Assembly (NCBI GenBank): GCA_015228975.1
Contig: JADGCN010000001.1
Coordinates: 10,315-74,314, forward strand
Length of the DNA stretch: 64,000 bases
From: Magnetococcales bacterium
GTDB taxonomy: Bacteria > Pseudomonadota > Magnetococcia > Magnetococcales > UBA8363
Reading direction: 5' to 3'
The notes beneath the pieces are model-generated. The model was not told the DNA's origin. It worked only from the letters and a program-made list of their open reading frames with translations, and did no database searches. The position numbers and the translations under genes are program-made. Shown here piece after piece: positions 22,978 to 32,279 of this stretch (positions are counted from its first letter, which is position 1; every line of letters begins with the position of its first letter).

Positions 22978-23397
22978 CGATTAATGCCCCAACAAAAAAA
23001 ATTGATTATAAATCTTCCGAATATATCATTTTTTTCCCTTGCATCTTGAAAGATCCCTGTTCATTATATTTAAAAGAGGATGCAGAGGCAGTCTCTCCGG
23101 ATTTAGGGGTAATCGGGGATATAAGGGGTGTTCGGTGTTGGTCACCGGCGATGTTTGTTTTTCTCTTGTCAGTCAATAGTTACGAATAATTTTGAAGCAG
23201 CAAGGTCACGGTTTGGATGTCCACTAAGAAGGTGCCCCTGGACGTCTGGAACGGATTCTCTCAAACTCTGTGACTAAAGTTTGAATTTTTTCAAGGATCC
23301 ACGCACATACGCATTGATGTCCACCAAACATGGGAGCCATGAGGTGGATCGCGTTATGTCGGGGTACGCTTGACACTTTTTTGAGGGAATCTGAACT

Positions 23398-23670
23398 GTG
23401 AGCCATCAAGCAAAACCATTAATGAAAAATCCAACGCTCATTTTGGTTGGGGGACTACTGATCGTGGGAGTCACCCTCCTGGGTCTGTCCAGCAACCATG
23501 CCGACCTGATCCGCGAAGATGTTCGTATCGGACCCGTAGTCGCCGCTGCTCGAATCCTTCTGCCCCTGTTTTCGGTGATCGGCGTGGTCTACTATCTGGC
23601 CAACGTTAAAAAATGTGCCCACTGTGGCAAAATCCTGTTCTGGAAGCGACAGAAAACCCCACACGCCTAG
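23398..23670 (+). CDS. Small two-TM membrane protein, MamL-like (LapA/DUF1049-type fold), with C-terminal CxxC
   Basis: Two hydrophobic helices around LSSN...RIGP, then IGVVYYLANV and a basic tail; resembles Magnetospirillum MamL as recalled. GTG at 23398 follows GAGGG; alternative ATG at 23422. Confidence 0.6.
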   Translation: MSHQAKPLMKNPTLILVGGLLIVGVTLLGLSSNHADLIREDVRIGPVVAAARILLPLFSVIGVVYYLANVKKCAHCGKILFWKRQKTPHA

Positions 23671-23764
23671 CTTTTGCGTTACCCCTCCGCCAACAGCGTC
23701 CATACCTGAAGGCGAAAGGAATGTTTCCAGGGTTCCGGTCACTTTACAAGCGTTCCCGGGCAAC

Positions 23765-24487
23765 TCAAGATGCTGCTTGGGTGCTACCCAGAAAACGGTA
23801 TCCCTGCCCGCGAATGGTTTCAATACGATGATGGTGCCCGCACGGCTCCAGCGCCTTGCGCAGGTGACGCACGTAGACATCCACCGTCCGTCCCCCAACC
23901 TTGTCATCCCCCCCCCAAACCTGTCTCAAGACCGCCTCCCGTCCCAGGATAACATCTGGATTGGACATGAAAAAAGCCAGGATTCTAAAGGCGATACGCC
24001 CCAATTCCACCCGTGCGGATGGGACACCGGCCATGACGGTCTGCTCCTTGAAGTCCAGTACGAGATCGGCGATTTTTATCATCCCGTCAGCCGATATCGC
24101 ACCCTGACTCAACAATGCCTCGATCCGGGCAATCAATACCGGTGGCTTGACCGGTTTGACCAGATAATCATCAGCGCCCAATTCCAGCACCCGCAAACGA
24201 TCCTCCTCGCGGTCACGCGACGTCACCATGACGATCGGTATCTGCGCAAAGGTAACCTTGGACTTGAGATAGCGCAACAATTCAACCCCGGAGACCCCGG
24301 GCATGACCCAATCCAACAAAACGATATCCGGACGTTCCTCTTCGATAATCAGGCGGGCCTGCTCCGCATTATCTGCCATGACACATTGAAATCCGGCGTG
24401 TTCCAGAACAGCCGTCAACAACTCGCGGAAATCAACCGTATCGTCGACAACGAGGATTTTCTTCGGCATCCCATTCCGGCTTTCCAT
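23765..24487 (-). CDS. OmpR/PhoB-family response regulator (PhoB-like, orphan)
   Basis: Receiver domain (ILVVDD, LLDWVMPG, GADDYLVKP) and winged helix (RTVDVYVRHLRKAL, IETIRGQGYRF); no adjacent kinase. Confidence 0.92.
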   Translation of the reverse strand: MESRNGMPKKILVVDDTVDFRELLTAVLEHAGFQCVMADNAEQARLIIEEERPDIVLLDWVMPGVSGVELLRYLKSKVTFAQIPIVMVTSRDREEDRLRVLELGADDYLVKPVKPPVLIARIEALLSQGAISADGMIKIADLVLDFKEQTVMAGVPSARVELGRIAFRILAFFMSNPDVILGREAVLRQVWGGDDKVGGRTVDVYVRHLRKALEPCGHHHRIETIRGQGYRFLGSTQAAS

Positions 24488-24590
24488 AGTCCCATTACCC
24501 TCGCCAACCTCGGCAGCCAACGTCATGAAGCGTCAATAAAGACAACCAGCCCACCCAATGCACCCAGCGGCGTAAAACAACCACCCAGGG

Positions 24591-25127
24591 TTAAAATTCC
24601 ACCCCTTTGCACGCTTTGATCCCGGCATTGAAGGCATGCTTGATTTCCACCATTTCGGTCACCGTATCGGCGGCATCCATGAGCGCCTGCGGGGCATTCC
24701 GTCCCGTCATGACCACGTGCAACGATTGCGGGCGTTCCTGTTTGATGAAATGGACCACCTCTTCACTGGTCAACCAATCAAATCCCAAGGCCATGTTGAT
24801 TTCATCGAAAACGACCAGGTCGAATGCTCCCGACATGGCTTTTTGCCGACAAAAATCCCATATTTCTCTGCTTTTGCGCCTGTCACCTTCGGGATTTTCC
24901 GTTTTCCAGGTGAAACCATCACCCAGGGCATGCCATTCCAAGTTATCGAACATTTTGGCCGCTTTTTCCTCCCCGGTCGGCCAAGCGCCCTTGATGAACT
25001 GAATGACACACACCTTCATCCCCCATCCAGCCGCACGGAAGGCCATCCCAATGGCACTGCTCGACTTGCCCTTGCCATTACCCGTCAAGACCAATACGCG
25101 GCCCAATCTGTTTTTCTTGTGTTCCAA
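24591..25127 (-). CDS. cobO: Cob(I)alamin adenosyltransferase (CobO/BtuR)
   Basis: TGNGKGKS, QFIKG, FDEIN, VMTGRNAP, ADTVTEM and KHAF motifs. Confidence 0.94.
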   Translation of the reverse strand: MEHKKNRLGRVLVLTGNGKGKSSSAIGMAFRAAGWGMKVCVIQFIKGAWPTGEEKAAKMFDNLEWHALGDGFTWKTENPEGDRRKSREIWDFCRQKAMSGAFDLVVFDEINMALGFDWLTSEEVVHFIKQERPQSLHVVMTGRNAPQALMDAADTVTEMVEIKHAFNAGIKACKGVEF

Positions 25128-25169
25128 GGAAGCACCTCACTCACACGACGATTGCCGACAAAAAAATTG

Positions 25170-25829
25170 CTATTTGAATTGACCGGTTGCCAAAAATTGT
25201 TGCGTCAATTCCGCCGTTCGCCGGGAAAGAACCAAACCGAGATGGATATGGTCCACCGTTGTATGCACGGCACCATCCAACCAGGTTTCGGCGACCTGGA
25301 CGGTACCATCGCTGGGTCCCTGCATCCCCACGACCAATTGACTCAAGCCCAATGGAAGCCTGCCGGCGATAACGCCTATTTCCCGTCCCTGCGGGACACT
25401 CCGCGGACCACCCGAGTACAACCCCTGATCCATACTCGCACCCAGGAGGACGCCACCGAAAGGCAAGCGACTCAGCCGCCGCGCCGCCAGGCAGCCGCGA
25501 AACGGAGTGGCCATGGCCACCATGCGATGGATGACCGCCTCGGGATGGTGATGCAGCATATGTAACGCCACCAAGCCCCCCAAACTGTGGCAAACCAGGT
25601 GAACCGGACCAACTGTTTTTGCCTGCTGCATTTTTTTGCCGAAATGAATTTCGAGGAAACGCCACAGATTTTCGGCATTTTCCAACAAACCGGCACGTAC
25701 AGTGGGATATTTGAAAAACAGGATGTCATACCCGTTTTTTGCCAATTTTTTGGCAAGTGGCTTCAGTTCGGTACCGTCCAGCCAAAGACCGTGAACCATC
25801 ACGACTGTTCCTGTCTTCGCAACCTTCAT
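25170..25829 (-). CDS. Alpha/beta hydrolase (esterase/lipase-like)
   Basis: VHGLW oxyanion motif, HSLGG nucleophile elbow, SDGTV, C-terminal His. Confidence 0.88.
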   Translation of the reverse strand: MKVAKTGTVVMVHGLWLDGTELKPLAKKLAKNGYDILFFKYPTVRAGLLENAENLWRFLEIHFGKKMQQAKTVGPVHLVCHSLGGLVALHMLHHHPEAVIHRMVAMATPFRGCLAARRLSRLPFGGVLLGASMDQGLYSGGPRSVPQGREIGVIAGRLPLGLSQLVVGMQGPSDGTVQVAETWLDGAVHTTVDHIHLGLVLSRRTAELTQQFLATGQFK

Positions 25830-26050
25830 GCTGACCCGCAATGCTTGAGAAATGGGCTGCCGCGAAAGGGGGGGGGGGAGAGATCCCTTCGGCGTTTCCC
25901 GGCAGAAGCAATAATTGTTTATATCACCCTATCCATCTTTTTTAAATGCCCTTTGCAATGGTTTGCCAACGAATACATCCTAAAGAACCTTGAGAACCTT
26001 GTCGCCATGGGTGCCTACGCATGTGCGGGTTTGCAGCAACGGGTCATCCG

Positions 26051-26560
26051 TCAGCCGCAGCGACGGCGTATCAGGATAACCTGGGCCAATCTGCACAACG
26101 CCTGACGCAAGTCCGGATCGCTCACGTTCCCGACCATGGCTATCGCCCGCGTCACCTCTTCGGGACTGGGGGGTGGTAATCTGTCGACAGGGACCTCCGC
26201 ACCCGCATGATTCCCCCGATGGCGCAACGATCCGTGTACGAAACGCAGGTCGCGGATCTTGCTCTCGGGACTGGCTTTCAGCAAGGATGCCAGCAATTGT
26301 GGTTTCATGTGCAACAATTGTGTCACCCAAACCGACGAATCCACCCGTACTGTCATCTGTCCCTTCGTAAAACGTTCCGGTTGGGAATGCCTGGCCACCT
26401 GCTCCCCGACCACCTCCGTCCAAAGGATATCCAACGACTTGGCCCTGGCCCGGGGATGGTCGGCAAACAGGGTCGACATGTTGGCAACCACATCCCCGAC
26501 CGGAACGAACCCGCCGCCGCGCACGCCCAGTTTTTTATTTTCGTCGCTTCCCTGTGCCAT
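26051..26560 (-). CDS. DUF721 / DciA replicative helicase loader-like protein
   Basis: WTEVVGEQVARHSQP...VRVDSSVWVTQL...IRDLRF pattern typical of DUF721; start uncertain. Confidence 0.8.
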   Translation of the reverse strand: MAQGSDENKKLGVRGGGFVPVGDVVANMSTLFADHPRARAKSLDILWTEVVGEQVARHSQPERFTKGQMTVRVDSSVWVTQLLHMKPQLLASLLKASPESKIRDLRFVHGSLRHRGNHAGAEVPVDRLPPPSPEEVTRAIAMVGNVSDPDLRQALCRLAQVILIRRRCG

Positions 26561-26736
26561 ATCACGATTCCACGCCTGCATCCGCCAAGGATCCTGGACA
26601 TACCCTGGCATGGCCTGGGGACATTCCAAGCCTGGTGTTGATTAATGGCTTTCCAAACCGCCCATCATTTGCGACAATCCCCGGAAAAATGACTATGCCG
26701 ATCCCAAATGGTTCCTCAGCACACTCCCGAACCCCC

Positions 26737-28176
26737 ATGAATCTTCAACATGTCCTGGCCTTGAAGACAGCATTGGATCACCTCCAAGCCAACCGCCCAC
26801 TCCAGGCACTGGAAATCGCCCGTAACATTCTGGAACATAACCCGGACCATGCCGATGCTTGGTTTTTATCCGGAGTTGCCAGCGATGCGGCGAATCAGCC
26901 GGATCTGGCCCTGGAACACCTGAATCGGGCGTGTCAGATGGTACCGGATTCCTGGGAATATCTGAACCATCGGGCGTTGGTATTATATCATCTGGGACGT
27001 TTTGACGCCAGTCGGGCCGATTATGAACAAAGTTTGCACCACAAACCCGACAATCCCGAAGCCCTGGCCAATCTGGCACGCATACACATGCTGAATCACA
27101 GGCCAGACCTGGCATTGCCCTGTTTTCACCGGGCACTCGCCCAGGAGCCTGACAACGCCACCCTCTTGGGTGATTTGGGAGTTTGCCTGGTCGCCCTGAA
27201 ACATCCCCGGGAAGGGATTGCCTGCTATCGGGCAGGTCTCGCCCTGGCCCCCGGGGATGCCGAAATCCACTACAACCTGAGCCGGGCACTGTTGATGGTG
27301 GGCGACTACCGGGAAGGTTGGCTGGAAAACGAATGGCGTTGGCAAACCCGACATTATCAATCGGTATCCAAAATCTTCCCCCATCCCCTCTGGCAAGGGG
27401 AATCCTTACAGGGCCGGCGCATTCTGCTGCTTCAGGAACAGGGGTTTGGTGACGGCATCCAAATGATTCGTTACGCCGCCCTGCTGGCCGGGATGGGGGG
27501 GACAGTCCTGGTCGTTTGCGATCAACCGTTGTTACGTCTGTTCGCCACCATGCCGGCAGTTCAAGGGGTGGCGCTTTTCGACGACCCACCGCCAACAGCC
27601 GACTATTGCTGTCCCATGATGTCGTTGCCCAAACTTTGCGATACCCGGTTGGAAACCATTCCCAGCGTCGTTCCCTATCTGTTCCCGCTGCCGAACCACC
27701 ACCTCCCCAAGGTGTGGGAAGCGCACAAACGTCCGGTTGTCGGACTGATCTGGCGCGGAAAAACACGCCATCAACTTACCCTGAATCTGCTGAAGCCTCT
27801 CCTGTCGGTGCAAACCGTCTCTTTTTTATCTTTGCAGAAGGATGCCCGAACGGAAGAATTGACGGGCCTGCCCATTCTGGATACCCAAAGCTTATTAACC
27901 GATTTCGCCGTAACGGCAACCCTCATGGTCGAACTGGATCTGATCATCAGTATCGACTCGGCCACGGCCCATCTCGCCGGAGCCTTGGGCAAGCCGGTAT
28001 GGATCCTGGTTTCCCATGCCTCCGAATGGCGTTGGCTCGCGGAAGGGATCCAGGCTCCCTGGTATCCCACCGCGATGCTCTACCGCCAAACAAAACCGGA
28101 CTCGTGGTGCGAAACCATCGACAAACTGGCCACCGACTTGACCGCATGGGCCGAACAGAAATTTCCTCCAAAATAA
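26737..28176 (+). CDS. TPR-repeat protein with C-terminal GT9-like glycosyltransferase domain
   Basis: About 6 TPRs, then EWRW, EQGFGDGIQMIRY, DLIISIDSATAHLAGALGKP and WRW...PWYP motifs; start may be 26689. Confidence 0.88.
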   Translation: MNLQHVLALKTALDHLQANRPLQALEIARNILEHNPDHADAWFLSGVASDAANQPDLALEHLNRACQMVPDSWEYLNHRALVLYHLGRFDASRADYEQSLHHKPDNPEALANLARIHMLNHRPDLALPCFHRALAQEPDNATLLGDLGVCLVALKHPREGIACYRAGLALAPGDAEIHYNLSRALLMVGDYREGWLENEWRWQTRHYQSVSKIFPHPLWQGESLQGRRILLLQEQGFGDGIQMIRYAALLAGMGGTVLVVCDQPLLRLFATMPAVQGVALFDDPPPTADYCCPMMSLPKLCDTRLETIPSVVPYLFPLPNHHLPKVWEAHKRPVVGLIWRGKTRHQLTLNLLKPLLSVQTVSFLSLQKDARTEELTGLPILDTQSLLTDFAVTATLMVELDLIISIDSATAHLAGALGKPVWILVSHASEWRWLAEGIQAPWYPTAMLYRQTKPDSWCETIDKLATDLTAWAEQKFPPK

Positions 28177-28314
28177 AAACTACTACGAATACAGGACCGG
28201 TTCCGGTAACCCCACGGTGAGTTTTTCGTGACAAAACCAGCCTGAATCGCTATACTGTCGCGTTCAAGTCTGGCCCGGGATACTGGACCCCCCCTTGACC
28301 CGAGAAGATGTGGT

Positions 28315-29166
28315 ATGGAAGACATTGAGACCCATCTCCCCACCATGATCCAGGCAGCTCGCGCTGCCGGTGCTTTGATCAAGGGACAATTTCGCCTCGG
28401 TCAAGACAGATCGAAATGCGGAAAAATACTGGAAAAAGGCCCTGATCATCCCGTTACCCAAGCCGATCTGGAAGCCAATGAGGCCATTCGCAACCTGCTC
28501 ATGGCATCCACGCCAGACTATGGCTGGCTCTCTGAAGAGACCGCTGACAGCCAGGATCGTCTCCACAAGCAACGCGTTTGGATCGTTGACCCGCTGGACG
28601 GAACCAAAGAGTTTATCCAGGGATTTCCAGAGTTTGCCGTCTCCATTGCGTTGGTCGAAGAGGGCCGACCGGTGTGCGCCTGCCTGTATAATCCGGCAAA
28701 AGAGGAACTGTTTACCGCCATAGCCGGCAAAGGCAGCCGCAAAAATGATCGACCGATACAAACATCCCGTACCACGCAGTTGAAACACGCCGTCTGTCTG
28801 ACCAGTCGCTCTGAAACCAGTCGTGGTGAATGGGAGCCTTTTAAAGATGAGTTTACCTTGAAAACTACAGGTTCCATCGCCTACAAACTGGCCCTTCTGG
28901 CCAGTGGTGCCGCCGATTTCACCTTCACCTTGACCCCAAAAAATGAATGGGACGTTGCCGCTGGAATCCTGTTGGTTCTTGAAGCACACGGGCAGGTCAC
29001 CGATAAAATGGGAATGCGCATTTCTTTCAACCAACCGTCCCCCAATTTGTCCGCAATTCTCTCTTCCAACGGTCAACTTCACCCGGCACTGCTCAGACGC
29101 TTGGCTTCGGTCCCTTTGAATCTGGATCGTCGCGCAACGCAACCATCTACCATTGCAACAACCTGA
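28315..29166 (+). CDS. cysQ: Inositol monophosphatase family / 3'(2'),5'-bisphosphate nucleotidase CysQ
   Basis: PVTQAD, LSEE, WIVDPLDGTKEF and EWDVAAG motifs. Confidence 0.85.
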   Translation: MEDIETHLPTMIQAARAAGALIKGQFRLGQDRSKCGKILEKGPDHPVTQADLEANEAIRNLLMASTPDYGWLSEETADSQDRLHKQRVWIVDPLDGTKEFIQGFPEFAVSIALVEEGRPVCACLYNPAKEELFTAIAGKGSRKNDRPIQTSRTTQLKHAVCLTSRSETSRGEWEPFKDEFTLKTTGSIAYKLALLASGAADFTFTLTPKNEWDVAAGILLVLEAHGQVTDKMGMRISFNQPSPNLSAILSSNGQLHPALLRRLASVPLNLDRRATQPSTIATT

Positions 29167-29181
29167 CACAATGGAAATCCC

Positions 29182-30183
29182 ATGAAACCCTACAATGTTT
29201 ATGGAATCGGGCATGCCCTGGTCGATGTCGAATACCATGTAGATGAAGCTTTCCTGCTTCAAGCCGGCTTGCCCAAGGGATCCATGACCCTGGTCGATGC
29301 CCAACGCCAGAATCACCTCGTCACCACGTTGACAAGCCCGGTCGTCCACCGTTCATCAGGTGGTTCCGCCTCCAATACCATGGTCGGACTGGCGCAATTG
29401 GGGGGGCAGTGTTTTCACTCCTGCAAGATCGCCGATGATGAGCTGGGCCATTTCTTTACCGCCGACATGCGCGCCAACGGCGTGGATAATGCGGCTCACC
29501 CTTGCCATACCCGGGAGGGGGAAACGGGACGCTGCCTGGTCATGATCACCCCTGATGCCGAACGGACCATGGTGACCCACCTGGGCGTTTCAGAAACTTT
29601 TTCCCGGGAAAATCTTTCTGAACATCATCTGTCATGGGCGGAATACCTGTACATCGAGGGTTATCTCGTCTCGTCCCCCGTGACACTCGAAGCCGCGACA
29701 ACGGCAAAAAAAATGGCGCAATCCCACGGTGTCAAAACAGCCTTGACCTTTTCCGATGTGTCCATGATTCAATATTTCCGTGAAGGCATCGACAAACTGG
29801 TTTCCGGGGGGCTGGACCTCCTGTTCTGCAACGAAAACGAGGCCCTCCGTTTCACCAATACCGACCAATTGGACGTTGCCATTTCCCGACTCAAGGAAAT
29901 CGCCAAGTCTTTCTGTCTCACCCTGGGTCCCCGTGGAGCCGTACTGTTTGCCAATGGAACCCGCGTGGATCTCCCCGGAATGACGGTTAATGCCGTTGAT
30001 ACCAATGGTGCCGGCGATCTTTTTGCAAGCGGTTTCCTCTACGGCATTACCCATGGGTATTCCCTGGCTCAAGCTGGTGGACTTGCCATCCAGCTTTCGG
30101 CCCAGTTGGTCACCCAGTACGGGGCCAGGCTGCAACTTGGCCAGGCAAACCAGATCAAAATGAACTTTGGAGGGCATCCATGA
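29182..30183 (+). CDS. PfkB-family carbohydrate kinase (adenosine kinase-like)
   Basis: KGSMTLVD, GGSASNT, ERTM and DTNGAGDLF motifs. Confidence 0.9.
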   Translation: MKPYNVYGIGHALVDVEYHVDEAFLLQAGLPKGSMTLVDAQRQNHLVTTLTSPVVHRSSGGSASNTMVGLAQLGGQCFHSCKIADDELGHFFTADMRANGVDNAAHPCHTREGETGRCLVMITPDAERTMVTHLGVSETFSRENLSEHHLSWAEYLYIEGYLVSSPVTLEAATTAKKMAQSHGVKTALTFSDVSMIQYFREGIDKLVSGGLDLLFCNENEALRFTNTDQLDVAISRLKEIAKSFCLTLGPRGAVLFANGTRVDLPGMTVNAVDTNGAGDLFASGFLYGITHGYSLAQAGGLAIQLSAQLVTQYGARLQLGQANQIKMNFGGHP

Positions 30184-30560
30184 GTACCAACAATCCGGAT
30201 AACCAGCAGAGTGGGAGCGAAAGACGCCATTTTTCCCGGGTCAATTTCCACCACGAAATCACCCTGACCAATGAAACCAATCACTCTTTCCGAGGGGCAT
30301 TCAGTGATATCAGTCTCCGCGGCATGCTATTCCATGGCGACCCCCTCCCTGCCATGAACAATGTCGTCCGCGGTATTCTAAGCCTCGGCGATGTGCAACT
30401 CACCATTCAGGGCAAAGTCGTCCACTCGTCAGCGGGCCGGGGTGCGGCCATTCGCTTTGAAGACATGGACCTGGAAAGCTTTTCCCACCTGCGCCGGTTG
30501 GTTTCGCTGAACATGGGCGATTCTGAAACCATTGACCAGGAATTTTTCAGCGCGTTATGA
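30180..30560 (+). CDS. Stand-alone PilZ domain protein
   Basis: RxxxR (RRHFSR) and D-x-S-x-x-G (DISLRG) c-di-GMP-binding motifs; C-terminal SFSHLRRLVSLN; ATGA overlaps on both sides. Confidence 0.9.
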   Translation: MSTNNPDNQQSGSERRHFSRVNFHHEITLTNETNHSFRGAFSDISLRGMLFHGDPLPAMNNVVRGILSLGDVQLTIQGKVVHSSAGRGAAIRFEDMDLESFSHLRRLVSLNMGDSETIDQEFFSAL

Positions 30561-31270
30561 CCCGCGATCTGAGCTTTTTGGCCGGCATTTATCCCATACT
30601 GGATGCGGCGTGGTTGCAACAACACCTGCGGGAAGAGGACTGGCCCGTCGCCGAGCGCATTCGTCTGGTACGCGACATGGAGAATGCCGGTATCCGGTTG
30701 CTCCAGTTGCGGTGCAAAAACTCCCTGGACCAAGCCACAGCCTTTTTTGAACGGTGGTTGAAAGTATTGCGCTCTGAAATGGAACAGGTCCGAGTCATTC
30801 TCAACGATCACGTCTCCCTGGCGCTCAAGCTGCAAGCGGATGGCGTCCACGTTGGCCAGGACGACACGCCAATTACCGAATGCCGCGCCCTTTTGGGACC
30901 CGATCTCCTGATCGGATTGTCGACCCATAACCGGGCTGAGGTTGAAGATTCCCTGGCGACTTCCGCCGATTATATCGGGTTCGGCCCCCTGTTCCAAACC
31001 GGTTCCAAACCCGATGCCCAAGCCCCATCGGGTCTGGATGGATTGAAAATCGCCTGCCGATTCGGCCAAAAACCGATTGTCGCCATCGGGGGCATCCAGC
31101 CGGAACACCTGAGCCATATCGCCTTTTGTGGTGCCCACGCCGCCGCCATGATCAGCGGCCTGTGGGGCACCAACGGTCGCTTTCTCATCGGCCAGTGCGT
31201 TCGCGAATTCGCCCGGGGTTTGGAAAACCGTCACGGCAACTTTAATTACTCTGCGGAACACTCCGAATAG
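30557..31270 (+). CDS. thiE: Thiamine-phosphate synthase
   Basis: QLRCK, ILND, GVHVGQDD, IGLSTH, YIGFGPLFQTGSK and VAIGGI motifs. Confidence 0.92.
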   Translation: MTRDLSFLAGIYPILDAAWLQQHLREEDWPVAERIRLVRDMENAGIRLLQLRCKNSLDQATAFFERWLKVLRSEMEQVRVILNDHVSLALKLQADGVHVGQDDTPITECRALLGPDLLIGLSTHNRAEVEDSLATSADYIGFGPLFQTGSKPDAQAPSGLDGLKIACRFGQKPIVAIGGIQPEHLSHIAFCGAHAAAMISGLWGTNGRFLIGQCVREFARGLENRHGNFNYSAEHSE

Positions 31271-32112
31271 TGAACGAACATCCCAAAAACCGCCTTGATC
31301 TCATGGAGGACTTGGCCCGGAAAGCATCGGATTCCACCCGACCAAACGATGCACGACTGTTGCTGCGGCAACTCTTCCGGGACGAATTTGAAACCAAAAA
31401 GAGTCGCATACCACCCATCAAGGGAAAAGAGACCATCGCCATCCTTTCAATCCTGGCCCTTTTTCTGTTCGGCCTGATGGTCAGCAAAAAATTTAACCGG
31501 ATGGTGACCATGGAAGAATCGGTGCTGTCGACCAACGGACTGGTTATCAATGCCCTGCAACGTCGGACCACACTGTTCTCCACCCTGGTCAACCTGACCT
31601 TGAATCAAGCGGCATTGGAGCAGGAGGTGTTTCGCCACGTTGCGGACGTGCGCAAGGCCCTGATGGGAGGAAGTCCGTCCGATTCCGCCAAGCCAGAGCT
31701 TCCTGCCGATGGCAGCCAAGCAGCCGATTCGGCAACAACCCGGCAGCCACCCCGGGAATTCTCGCCAACCACGGCCAGGATCGACCCCGCCATGGCCAAG
31801 CTGCTCGCTGTGGTGGAACAGTATCCCAATATCAAATCATCTACGACCTACCAGCAGCTCATGGACAAGTTGGTGGAGATTGAAGATCGCATCATCGCCA
31901 GGCGTGCCGAATATAATAATGCTGTACGCGATTATAACACGTACATCACAACCTTTCCCCAATACATCTTGGCAGATATCGTTGGGTTCAGGATTTACAA
32001 ATATTCCAGTATTAATAAAACCATCGAGCGCGATGTGTTCCATCTGGATAATTTAAACCTGCCTCAATTCCAACGCCTGCTGCCCCTGGATCCGGAAAAA
32101 GAGCATCCCTGA
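31270..32112 (+). CDS. LemA-family membrane protein, MamQ-like
   Basis: Single TM, then LQRR..LFSTLVNLTLNQAALEQEVF, VEQYPNIKS, EIEDRI..RAEYNNAVRDYN..FP and C-terminal FQRLLPL. GTG start shares a base with the thiE TAG stop. Confidence 0.85.
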   Translation: MNEHPKNRLDLMEDLARKASDSTRPNDARLLLRQLFRDEFETKKSRIPPIKGKETIAILSILALFLFGLMVSKKFNRMVTMEESVLSTNGLVINALQRRTTLFSTLVNLTLNQAALEQEVFRHVADVRKALMGGSPSDSAKPELPADGSQAADSATTRQPPREFSPTTARIDPAMAKLLAVVEQYPNIKSSTTYQQLMDKLVEIEDRIIARRAEYNNAVRDYNTYITTFPQYILADIVGFRIYKYSSINKTIERDVFHLDNLNLPQFQRLLPLDPEKEHP

Positions 32113-32279
32113 CCGCACCATTTGGATGTTTAGGGCACATTCATGAAACTTTTGCTTTGTATGGGGATGGACCACGGGATGGTTTTCAGGGTAGTGTATG
32201 CGCTGGGCTTTCCGCATCGCCCTGGCAATCAACCCGGGACGAATGCCGGCCCGTCATTTCAACAATCCATAGTACCTCG

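Noticed and set aside
23398-32112. A canonical magnetosome gene cluster
   Set aside because: No mamA, B, E, I, K, M, O or P recognised; the TPR protein has a glycosyltransferase domain and is not MamA, and the antiporter is CPA2-type rather than MamN.
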